Assembly (NCBI GenBank): GCA_049415445.1
Contig: JBMSGH010000014.1
Location: 6,603 to 70,602 of the forward strand
Reading direction: 5' to 3'
DNA from: Bacteriovoracaceae bacterium
Lineage (GTDB): Bacteria; Bdellovibrionota; Bacteriovoracia; Bacteriovoracales; Bacteriovoracaceae
Length of the DNA: 64,000 nucleotides
The translations under genes and the position numbers were made by a program. The stretch's first letter is position 1. Every line of letters starts with the position of its first letter. The notes under the pieces are model-generated. The model saw only the letters and a program-made list of their open reading frames with translations. It was not told the DNA's origin and searched no databases. Below are positions 1 to 8,423 of this stretch, in pieces.

Positions 1-2
1 AG

Positions 3-473
<471 letters not shown>

Positions 474-546
474 TTTGACATTCATATAAATATTGAGATC
501 AAATAGTTTAAGTCAAAATTTATTATAAAATCAATGGAGGATTTTT

Positions 547-1074
547 ATGAAAAAACTATTTATCAGTTTAACACTTTTATTTACTTTTGCTGCAAACGCT
601 AATGAACAAAAGCATCAGGACCTAGAGCTTATTAAGCTTGGTTGTAAAGACCCTGCTGCAGTTGGAAATCAAATAAGACCGTCTAAAATTCAAATTGTAT
701 GTAAGGACCAAAGACTTGTTTGGGAACAAGCACGTATAGAGCAAAGAAACATTCCTTCTCAAAGAATGATCTCTACAGTACTAAGAACAAACAAAGCTAA
801 TCTAAAGATGGCCCCTAAGAAATTTGAAGCACCTGTTACTTCAACAGTAATGAACTGTCCTGTTATGCAAGAAATCAAGCTTGAAGTATCAATTAACTAT
901 AATGTTACTTGTGATGAAGTTCTTGATATGAATACTATCGAAGACTTCTGCTTTGAAAGTTTAGAGAAAGATATTGCTAAGCATGATGATGTTATGCAAA
1001 GAACAAACACAGGAAATGTTATCTATGCTTGTGCTCAAGCTAGACAAGGAAGACAACAACGTAGACAAAAGTAA
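547..1074 (+). CDS. exported hypothetical protein (signal peptide, 6 Cys, Arg/Gln-rich tail)
   Basis: GGAGG lies 7 nt upstream of the ATG. N-terminus MKKLFISLTLLFTFAANA is a classic signal peptide. No family recognised. Confidence 0.5.
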   Translation: MKKLFISLTLLFTFAANANEQKHQDLELIKLGCKDPAAVGNQIRPSKIQIVCKDQRLVWEQARIEQRNIPSQRMISTVLRTNKANLKMAPKKFEAPVTSTVMNCPVMQEIKLEVSINYNVTCDEVLDMNTIEDFCFESLEKDIAKHDDVMQRTNTGNVIYACAQARQGRQQRRQK

Positions 1075-1100
1075 TCAACACTTTTTATAACAATGTTTGA

Positions 1101-1126
1101 GGGGGGCCTTTGTGCTCCCCTTTTTT
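1101..1126 (+). terminator. rho-independent terminator after the 547-1074 gene
   Basis: ggggggc/gctcccc forms a 7-bp stem (one G-U) with a 6-nt loop, followed by TTTTTT at 1121-1126. Confidence 0.55.
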
Positions 1127-1146
1127 AATCCTTAAGGAGGATTATT

Positions 1147-2139
1147 TTGATTTGGCCTATATCTTTTTTTCTTATCTTTTTTAATACTGTTTTCGCTCAA
1201 GAAATAGTGCCAACTTATGGAGAATTTTTTCACTTTGATGAAAAAGATATTTCAGAGTACCAACCGCAAATACCACCCTTTATTAGTGTGACCACTAAAC
1301 ATGGGCCACTTTTTGTAAAAATAGGAAAGTATGAATATGAGGCCAATCATAAGGTTTGGTCATCCCATTGGTTTCCTTATTATGAAAAAGAATTATTTGA
1401 GACAGAAGATTCTCCTCTGGCCAAATATGATACTTACGCTAGAAAAAGAGGTTATCAATCTAAAGCGAGAGAATACGAAAAAAATAAGGTTTATAATGAA
1501 CGGGCCAGTGATTGGGAAGGGCTTTGTAATGCTTGGGCCATGGCCGCGATTATGTTCCCAGAGCCTAAAAAAGCTGTAAAGCTGTATAATATTCATTTTG
1601 AAGTAAGAGATTTAAAAGCATTATTATTAAAAAGCTTAGAACTAGAAACAGGTGATCAGTTTTTTGGTCAAAGAAATAATGCTGAATGGGATAGCTTATA
1701 TGCAGATGTTTACCCAGATCAGTTTCATCGTTTTATTCAGGTAGAAGGGTTTGAAAAAAAGAACCCTTTTGTGATGGATTACGATGCTGGCTACCAGGTT
1801 TGGAATGTCCCCGTTTATAAAGTTAAAAGTATTATAAAAGAAGTAGAAGGCAACTCTGAAGTCTTGGATGTTAAAACATATGTTTATTATGCTTCACCTT
1901 TTATCTTTGAAGATAACTTTGTTGGAATTGAAACGGAAATGAAAATTTACGAGTATGATCTCCATGGACAATGGGAGGGAGATCACTTTAGAGTGAATTA
2001 TGGCCTGTGGAAAGATAGCTCAAAATGGGATCATCCCGACTATCTGATTCCTAGACCAAAGAGAAGTCCAAAAAGAGTTTCTCGAAATAAGGAAATCAAG
2101 CCTAATATTATCGATGAAATTTTAAGATACTCTTATTAA
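1147..2139 (+). CDS. exported protein with Cys-nucleophile-like motif (papain/transglutaminase-like, tentative)
   Basis: TTG start lies 6 nt after AAGGAGG, followed by a hydrophobic N-terminus. The motif WEGLCNAWAMAA resembles C-x-x-W-A catalytic-Cys motifs. No firm family call. Confidence 0.5.
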   Translation: MIWPISFFLIFFNTVFAQEIVPTYGEFFHFDEKDISEYQPQIPPFISVTTKHGPLFVKIGKYEYEANHKVWSSHWFPYYEKELFETEDSPLAKYDTYARKRGYQSKAREYEKNKVYNERASDWEGLCNAWAMAAIMFPEPKKAVKLYNIHFEVRDLKALLLKSLELETGDQFFGQRNNAEWDSLYADVYPDQFHRFIQVEGFEKKNPFVMDYDAGYQVWNVPVYKVKSIIKEVEGNSEVLDVKTYVYYASPFIFEDNFVGIETEMKIYEYDLHGQWEGDHFRVNYGLWKDSSKWDHPDYLIPRPKRSPKRVSRNKEIKPNIIDEILRYSY

Positions 2140-2148
2140 AATAGAAAA

Positions 2149-2168
2149 CCCCGCTTTTACAAGCGGGG
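2149..2168. terminator. hairpin between convergent genes; good intrinsic terminator on the minus strand
   Basis: ccccgctt/aagcgggg forms an 8-bp perfect stem with a 4-nt loop. Read on the minus strand it is followed by TTTTCTATTTT. On the plus strand it starts 10 nt after the 1147-2139 stop but lacks a U-tract. Confidence 0.55.
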
Positions 2169-2270
2169 TCTCTGAGAGAGAAGAGAGAGAAACTTTTCTC
2201 CTTTCTAATCCATCCGGGATCTTGGGGAGAAGGGGGGTTAGGTTCTATCCCTAGAACCTAGTGGGGAAAC

Positions 2271-2945
2271 TTAAGCTGCGTCCTTTAACTCCTTTTCTAG
2301 GGAAAGGCCCACGTTAAAATCCATTTTTAGTGGGCCTTCATTAAGGTCACTTCTTCCATGTTGACCTATCAATTTATTGTCATCGTACTTGGCAATAAAA
2401 TATTGGGTTTTAGTATCGAGTTCACTTTCTTCAAAGGAACACTTTTTAATAGGAGATATTTCATAAAAACTATCTTCAAATTGGCAATTCTTGAAATGTG
2501 TATGAAGGATATGTGAAAAGTGAAATTTACAATTAGTAAAAGTACAGTTTTTAAACTGGCAATGCTCTATACGGCTGCCAAAGAAGGTGCAGTCTTGAAA
2601 GTGGACTGACTCAAACTTTACACCAGAAAAGAGCCCGCCGGATATAATGAGTTCATCGTAGTTGCAATTTGAGATTGTCACATTTTCTAGAATTTCATAG
2701 TTTTGGTAACTAGCTGAAATCTCGTCTAAGTTTAAAGCACATTTTAAGCAATCTTCAAGGCTAGTAAAAAAGATTTCGGCCCCAGTTGGGCGATATTTCT
2801 TATATTCAGACCGTGCAATATCAACTTTATAGCTCCAGCTCCCATTTTCATATTTATAAATAAAGGGGCCAACTAGCTGAAAATGTGACTTTAAGAGCTC
2901 TTTTGGGTTTTCTAAACTTCTTGTATTTGTCGCTACACTATCCAT
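2271..2945 (-). CDS. pentapeptide-repeat protein with unknown ~100-aa N-domain
   Basis: The C-terminal half is a run of A(D/N)LxX-type pentapeptides (FESVHFQDCTFFGSRIEHCQFKNCTFTNCKFHFSHILHTHFKNCQFEDS). Confidence 0.7.
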   Translation of the reverse strand: MDSVATNTRSLENPKELLKSHFQLVGPFIYKYENGSWSYKVDIARSEYKKYRPTGAEIFFTSLEDCLKCALNLDEISASYQNYEILENVTISNCNYDELIISGGLFSGVKFESVHFQDCTFFGSRIEHCQFKNCTFTNCKFHFSHILHTHFKNCQFEDSFYEISPIKKCSFEESELDTKTQYFIAKYDDNKLIGQHGRSDLNEGPLKMDFNVGLSLEKELKDAA

Positions 2946-2961
2946 GTGTTCCTCACTTACG

Positions 2962-3036
2962 TGTTATAATTGCATTGTACAATATCTGACCAATTGCGTC
3001 AAGATAAAAAATTGCATTTAGAAATTAAATTGCAAT
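2962..3036 (+). promoter_or_regulatory. extended -10 (TGtTATAAT, 2962-2970) plus four AATTGC(A/G) operator-like repeats
   Basis: AATTGCA occurs at 2968, AATTGCG at 2992, and AATTGCA at 3010 and 3028 (spacing 24/18/18 nt). Embedded palindromes are ATTGTACAAT (2974-2983) and ATTGCAAT (3029-3036). The array lies in the divergent spacer upstream of the XRE gene. Confidence 0.35.
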
Positions 3037-3060
3037 CCGATAATAAATACAGGAGGTTCT

Positions 3061-3654
3061 ATGTCAGAATTTAAGAAGGAAAAGTGGGACCATTACCTGT
3101 CCATTGTTCGCAAGTATATGCAACTACGGGGAATCATTACCCAGAAAGATTTGGCCGAGGCGGCCGATATTGGCGTTTCCACCATGAGCCGTTTTATGGG
3201 GCAAAAGTCTAGTGACCTTAACCCTGAAATTGTTGCCAAAATAACGGCCAAATTAGATATCCCATTTCATGAAATTATTGATTTTGTCGATGAATCCTTT
3301 GAGGAAAAGTTTAAAAGGCTAGTTCTATTCTATAAAGGTGAACTAACAGGCCCTTTAAATATTCATGAACAAGAAGATATAGGCGAGGCCCTCTCTTCAT
3401 TAGGAACTGCGGAAAAACCAGCTGAGGCCAAAGTAAGTGCAACACGTGGACAAAAAAGATCGATTCCTTTTGAACCAGATGAGAATAGTAAGTTCTCGCA
3501 AAAAAGTTTGAAGGATAAAATTGAAGGTCTAAGTCCAAGACAAAAGGCCTATCTGACAGACTTTTTAAACTTAGATATGGAAAGTAGAGATTTGATGGTG
3601 GATTTAGGAAATAACTTATTTAGATATTTCAAACAAAAGGGATTAGATTTTTGA
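3061..3654 (+). CDS. XRE-family helix-turn-helix protein with unknown C-terminal domain
   Basis: AGGAGG lies 6 nt upstream of the ATG. ITQKDLAEAADIGVSTMSRFMGQK is a typical Cro/C1-type HTH. Confidence 0.7.
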   Translation: MSEFKKEKWDHYLSIVRKYMQLRGIITQKDLAEAADIGVSTMSRFMGQKSSDLNPEIVAKITAKLDIPFHEIIDFVDESFEEKFKRLVLFYKGELTGPLNIHEQEDIGEALSSLGTAEKPAEAKVSATRGQKRSIPFEPDENSKFSQKSLKDKIEGLSPRQKAYLTDFLNLDMESRDLMVDLGNNLFRYFKQKGLDF

Positions 3655-4382
3655 GAGTATTCATATTGCTTTTTTTCCCTTGTTTATTATTTGCTGCTCC
3701 TGAAAAGATTGAGGTGTGGTTTTTATCTTTTGAATCGACAAGTTTTCACAATATAGAAATGAGCGATCAATTGTTGGCCCAAAATGATTGTATACCAATG
3801 GGTGAGGGGTGTTTTAATCCGCAGACAGGATATGTTGGTAAAAAAGACTTTAAGGATGATTCGGAAGATTTACCAAAAGAACTAAAAACGTTTAATGCTC
3901 AAGAAGCTGATCTGGTGAACTGTGATAAGGACTATTTTTTTGATATTTATTGTGGAAAGGCCAAGGCCAAAAAAAAACCTTCTTCTTTTGAGATTTGGGT
4001 AGATACAAGCTCTTCAATGAGAAATGTAGACTATTCTCGTGATCCAGATTATTGCTATCGAAGAACATTTATTGAGAAGCTTTCACGGCAATGCAAAAAA
4101 AGTCCCTTGGTATCATTATTTCATACGAGTAAAAAAATTATGGGCTCTTCTAAAGACCTTTGTATGAATTATGGAAATAATAACCTGCAAAAGTTAAAGC
4201 AATGGGTAAATAACTCAAAGGCCAAACATCTTGTTATTATTACAGATATTGATGAAATGAATTTAGACTTCAAAAATTTCATGGATCAAGTAGGTGCGAC
4301 TCATTATGGTGTCGGACAAAAACCATTCTATGCATCTGAGTTAATGCAAAAGATCAGCTCTGTTATTTCTTATTGTCATTAA
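3651..4382 (+). CDS. secreted vWA-like protein (MIDAS-like DxSxS)
   Basis: The TTG start overlaps the upstream stop (TTGA). Signal peptide is MRVFILLFFPCLLFAAP. The pattern IWVDTSSSM ... HLVIITDIDE matches the vWA beta1/MIDAS and beta4 pattern. Confidence 0.5.
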   Translation: MRVFILLFFPCLLFAAPEKIEVWFLSFESTSFHNIEMSDQLLAQNDCIPMGEGCFNPQTGYVGKKDFKDDSEDLPKELKTFNAQEADLVNCDKDYFFDIYCGKAKAKKKPSSFEIWVDTSSSMRNVDYSRDPDYCYRRTFIEKLSRQCKKSPLVSLFHTSKKIMGSSKDLCMNYGNNNLQKLKQWVNNSKAKHLVIITDIDEMNLDFKNFMDQVGATHYGVGQKPFYASELMQKISSVISYCH

Positions 4383-4406
4383 ATTTTCCTCTTAGTAAAA
4401 AAAAGA

Positions 4407-5447
4407 ATGAATAAAAAACTTATATCTTGGTCTCAAGAAAATTTCCGAGAACTTCCTTGGCGAAAAAAAAGAACCTTATATAAAACTTTGGTTTCCGAAA
4501 TTATGCTTCAACAAACAACTGTGGCAACGGTTAAAAAACATTTTGAAAAGTTTTTAATTCGTTTTCCAGATATAAAGTCTCTTGCTTTGGCCAAAGAAGA
4601 AGAGGTTTTATTGGCCTGGCAAGGATTAGGTTATTACCGAAGAGCTCGAAACCTTAAAAAAGCGGCCGAGTCTATATACTACGATTATAATGAAAAATTT
4701 CCTAAAACGGTTGAAGAGCTTGTGAGTATTGCTGGAATAGGAATTTATACGGCCAACGCATTATTGGCCATAGGCCAAGATAAGCAAGCCCTTGCTTTAG
4801 ATGCTAACTTAGAAAGAGTATTGGCCCGATTCTATGGCGTTAGGGTACTTAAAGGACCTAAACTTCAAAAAAAGCTTTATGAGCTATTCGAAAAAAAACA
4901 AATCATTAAGGACAGGGAGAAATGGGGTGGCCGTGCTCTAAACGAGGCCCTTATGGACTGTGGGCGTGTTTATTGTCAGGCCAAAAAGGTCGAATGTCTT
5001 CTATGCCCTTTAAGTAATAAGTGCGAGGCCGCCAAGCTTAAATCGGCACTTGATCTTCCTCTTTCTGAAAATAAAATAAAACAAAACTACAGCTTAAAGC
5101 TTTTAAGGATCGTGGTCAGAAAAAGAGGAAGTATTCTTGGGACAAAACGAGAAGAAGGTCAATGGCTCAGCGGACAAGTCGAACTTCCTACTTTTATTGT
5201 ACATTCTGAGGATCCCAAGTTAGATCAATATCCTTTATGGAAAGGAAAAATAAATCTTGAGCATTTGCCTTCACTTAAGACTGGGATTACCAAGTACAAA
5301 ATTGAGAATATTATCTTAGACCTCTCAGAGGATGAATGGAAAAAAGTTAAAGCTAAAACCAGTGAGCTAAAATTTTATTCTTTAAAATCTAAAAATACTC
5401 ATTTTTCCACAACGACTTTGAAAATTCTTGATAGAATTGAGGGATGA
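4407..5447 (+). CDS. mutY: A/G-specific adenine DNA glycosylase
   Basis: Motifs PWRKKRTLYKTLVSEIMLQQTTV, GLGYYRRARNL and the Cys cluster C-x6-C-x2-C-x5-C (CQAKKVECLLCPLSNKC) are present, with a Nudix-like C-terminal domain. Confidence 0.85.
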   Translation: MNKKLISWSQENFRELPWRKKRTLYKTLVSEIMLQQTTVATVKKHFEKFLIRFPDIKSLALAKEEEVLLAWQGLGYYRRARNLKKAAESIYYDYNEKFPKTVEELVSIAGIGIYTANALLAIGQDKQALALDANLERVLARFYGVRVLKGPKLQKKLYELFEKKQIIKDREKWGGRALNEALMDCGRVYCQAKKVECLLCPLSNKCEAAKLKSALDLPLSENKIKQNYSLKLLRIVVRKRGSILGTKREEGQWLSGQVELPTFIVHSEDPKLDQYPLWKGKINLEHLPSLKTGITKYKIENIILDLSEDEWKKVKAKTSELKFYSLKSKNTHFSTTTLKILDRIEG

Positions 5448-6562
5448 AGTTTTTTTTAATTCTCATTTTATTGTTCGCTCATCCCAGTTGGGCAGGTCTT
5501 AAAATCTTAACCTATAATATGGCCCTTGATCAAAGAAGGGTTGATCACTCAGATGTAAGGTTAAGCTTTGCTAATGATTACCTTTTTCATAGTGGTGCCG
5601 ATGTATTGTGTCTTCAAGAGGTGTGGAAAAAAGAGGATAAAGATTATCTTATAAATAGTTTAAGTCATGACTATTTATATAACTTTAGTTCGAGACCATC
5701 TCAAACCTATACGTCAAAGTCACCTGCTTGTGGCCCTAAAGTCCTTTTTGGGGATGCGGGAATTCTATCTTGTCTTAATGAATTTTGTCTTTTTAAAAAT
5801 AAAAAAGGACTTGGCCCTTGTTTTAGGAAAAACTGCCCTTCCCTTATTTCACCATTAATAAATAAAAATAAAGAATGTGCCCAGGCACTTCTTTCGAGTA
5901 ATCATGAGCTTAATTTTTTAAGCTTTTTAAAGTTAATAAATCCCTTTAAAGGAGGAGCTAAGTTTTCTCATCAGGGTAATGATGGATTACTTATTCTTTC
6001 AAAAAAGCCTATTGAGTCCAGCTCCGTTATTGATTTAAGCAACTTCTCTACTTTTTATCGAAGGGGTGCTTTAGAAGTAGAAATTGATAAGCATAAGATT
6101 TATTGTACTCAGCTCTCTTCTGATTTAGATTATTTTTTACCTTATATGGGCCCCATGGAAAGTTGGGTAGCAGAAAGCACCAAACAGGCAGGTGTATTAA
6201 TAGAGTCTATGAAAAAAAATCACCTTCCAACAATTCTACTTGGATCTATTTCTTGTTCTTATCCTCATAAAGAAAATTTTATTTCTCCGTATAATTCAAA
6301 TGTCTGTCAGATGATTCAAGACGAAGGCTTTCAAGATCATTTATTTGAGAATAATCCAGAATGTACTTATTGTGCCTCTAATAATCTAATTATGGAAAAT
6401 CGACAGGACAGTTTTTTGTTAGATCATATTTTCACAAAAAATATAAAGGTGAAGTCATCAAAAGTTATTTTTAAAGAAAGGGTTCAATTCACAACCGAAG
6501 ATGGTGAAAGTAAAGAAACACAATTGAGTACTAACCATGGTGTCTTTATGGAGATTGAGTGA
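5444..6562 (+). CDS. exported endonuclease/exonuclease/phosphatase (EEP) family protein
   Basis: ATGA overlap with the mutY stop. A signal peptide is present. LKILTYNM, ADVLCLQEVW and the C-terminal LLDHIF are EEP-fold motifs. Confidence 0.65.
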   Translation: MKFFLILILLFAHPSWAGLKILTYNMALDQRRVDHSDVRLSFANDYLFHSGADVLCLQEVWKKEDKDYLINSLSHDYLYNFSSRPSQTYTSKSPACGPKVLFGDAGILSCLNEFCLFKNKKGLGPCFRKNCPSLISPLINKNKECAQALLSSNHELNFLSFLKLINPFKGGAKFSHQGNDGLLILSKKPIESSSVIDLSNFSTFYRRGALEVEIDKHKIYCTQLSSDLDYFLPYMGPMESWVAESTKQAGVLIESMKKNHLPTILLGSISCSYPHKENFISPYNSNVCQMIQDEGFQDHLFENNPECTYCASNNLIMENRQDSFLLDHIFTKNIKVKSSKVIFKERVQFTTEDGESKETQLSTNHGVFMEIE

Positions 6563-6598
6563 GAAAAATGCCTTGGTGATCTTTTGTCTAATAAAAAT

Positions 6599-6897
6599 GC
6601 CGAGAAAGAAATAAGCCGGATTCTGTATTAAATTACCATTCCTCTAGGGGGTAAATTACTTCACCCCTCCAGCACTCTACCCGCCTACTTCAGACTGGCC
6701 GTCCTCAAGCATAGGCCTATTTGAGCTTGCACCTCGTAGAGTTTACCTGATTTCACTACGGTATGACCCATACATCCTTTCTGTTGCACTTGTCCTCACC
6801 TCGCGGTGGACGGGAATTACCCGCTACGACGCCATGTGGTGTCCGGACTTTCCTCCCGTACCAATTGGTACCGGCGGTAATCTCTCTTTCTCGGCCC
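6599..6897 (-). ncRNA. rnpB: RNase P RNA (bacterial type A, compact)
   Basis: The minus strand reads GCCGAGAAAGAGAGA..GGTACCAATTGGTACC..GGGAGGAAAGTCCGGAC...ACAGAATCCGGCTTATTTCTTTCTCGGC. The universally conserved GAGGAAAGUCCGG and ACAGAA-CCGGCUUA blocks are present, and the P1 ends are complementary. No ORF covers the region. Confidence 0.85.
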
Positions 6898-6900
6898 CTA

Positions 6901-6930
6901 ATTAATGCACCAGTCTAAGCTCGTAGTCAA
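6901..6930 (-). promoter_or_regulatory. candidate sigma70 promoter for rnpB
   Basis: The minus strand reads TTGACT (6930-6925), an 18-nt spacer ending in TGc, then ATTAAT (6906-6901). The predicted start falls at the first P1 nucleotides. Confidence 0.35.
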
Positions 6931-6989
6931 ATAAAAAGGCTCATGCTAATTATTTAAAGTAATCAATTCCAACTACTTAAGGTTTTAGT

Positions 6990-8414
6990 ATGAAATTATT
7001 CACCATATTTTATCTCCTTTTTTCCTATAATGTTCATGCTTCTCTAGGGCAGCTTGTTCGAGAGTTTAAAAGTAACAATCAAGGACTTGTAGAAAAAAAA
7101 TTACAAATACAAATGGCCTCACTAGGACTTCAGTCCATTGAAGATAAAAGACCTTGGACAGTGATGTATTCTGGTAGTGTGACAAATAATCAGCTCGATA
7201 GCAGTTCAAGCTTTTCAAACCAAAACTCAAAAACCCTCGTTCACAGTATATCCTTTCTAAAAGATACAATTTGGGGGGGCCAGTTTAAGTTAGAAAATGT
7301 TTATTATCATGAAGACCGTGATCCAAGCCACTCCGCTTTGAGTTTTGGCTCCTCTTCTAAAAACTCATATCAATTTTATCAAAAGCTCTCTTACGCTCAA
7401 CAACTGGGAGCGAATTTCTTGGGAAGAAAGGATTATCAAGAAAAAGAGTTCTTTTCACTTTCACAAAAACTAGCTCAAAAGAATTTTGATGAGAGTCTTA
7501 GTATGTCGTTACTAAGCTTTTTTGAGCTTTATTCAAGGGCCTCATTGGCCAAGAAGCAACTTTCATTACAAAGGGATGCACTTCTTAGGGCCAAAAAAAG
7601 AACAGGTCTGATAAAAAAAATGGTCAATGATGGCCTTAGGCTTAAAGTGGATTTGTATTCTGCTCAAATGGCCGAAATAGCTCAGCGAGAGGCCGTCACG
7701 GCAGCAGAAAATAACCTTTTTGAAGCTATAGATCAGCTCTCTTCTCAACTTCATCGTAAAGTAAGTGAAAATGAAATAGGCGGCCTAAATGAGTTTGATT
7801 TAGAGCTACCGGTAGAGTCCATTGAGGAGTTGAAAAAAAATTCGACGCTATCAAAGCTTGAGATGGCCGTAGAGCAGGCCCAAGTTAAAATTAAAAATGC
7901 TGATTACTCAGTCATGCCAGATATTGAGTTTGAAGCTGGTTATAAAACGAATCGGATTAAATCTGAAAATTCAGACATATTTGATGAAGGAAAATTAGGG
8001 GAAAATAAGTACGAGCTGGTTGTGTCATTAAATGCGGTGTGGCCTCTTGGATTTGGGCCTCAGAAGGCCGAATTGGCCAAACAAAATGTTGAGCGGAAAA
8101 TATTGGAGTACCAAAAAAAATCAATTACAGCTTCTTTGAAACAAACTGAAAACTTACTGAGAAAGAGAATCGAACATCTTAAAAATAATCTTAAGCAAGT
8201 TACTCAAAGGGTAAACTTAGCGCGATTGGTTCTTAGACAATATAATAAACTCTATGATGTTGGTAAAAAGGACTTTGACCAGGTTATCCGGTCTGAAGAG
8301 GATTTAATTAGAACTGAAACAGCTCTTTCTAATTACCTTGCTCAAAAGCAAGTCCTAGAAGCCTCTCTAAATCAAATATACGGGACTCTTGAGGCCAAAC
8401 TGATGAGTCTATAA
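6990..8414 (+). CDS. TolC-family outer-membrane efflux protein
   Basis: It has a signal peptide, is 474 aa, shows two-repeat coiled-coil/beta architecture typical of OMF proteins, and lies immediately upstream of the RND gene. Confidence 0.7.
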   Translation: MKLFTIFYLLFSYNVHASLGQLVREFKSNNQGLVEKKLQIQMASLGLQSIEDKRPWTVMYSGSVTNNQLDSSSSFSNQNSKTLVHSISFLKDTIWGGQFKLENVYYHEDRDPSHSALSFGSSSKNSYQFYQKLSYAQQLGANFLGRKDYQEKEFFSLSQKLAQKNFDESLSMSLLSFFELYSRASLAKKQLSLQRDALLRAKKRTGLIKKMVNDGLRLKVDLYSAQMAEIAQREAVTAAENNLFEAIDQLSSQLHRKVSENEIGGLNEFDLELPVESIEELKKNSTLSKLEMAVEQAQVKIKNADYSVMPDIEFEAGYKTNRIKSENSDIFDEGKLGENKYELVVSLNAVWPLGFGPQKAELAKQNVERKILEYQKKSITASLKQTENLLRKRIEHLKNNLKQVTQRVNLARLVLRQYNKLYDVGKKDFDQVIRSEEDLIRTETALSNYLAQKQVLEASLNQIYGTLEAKLMSL

Positions 8415-8423
8415 GGAGAGGAA

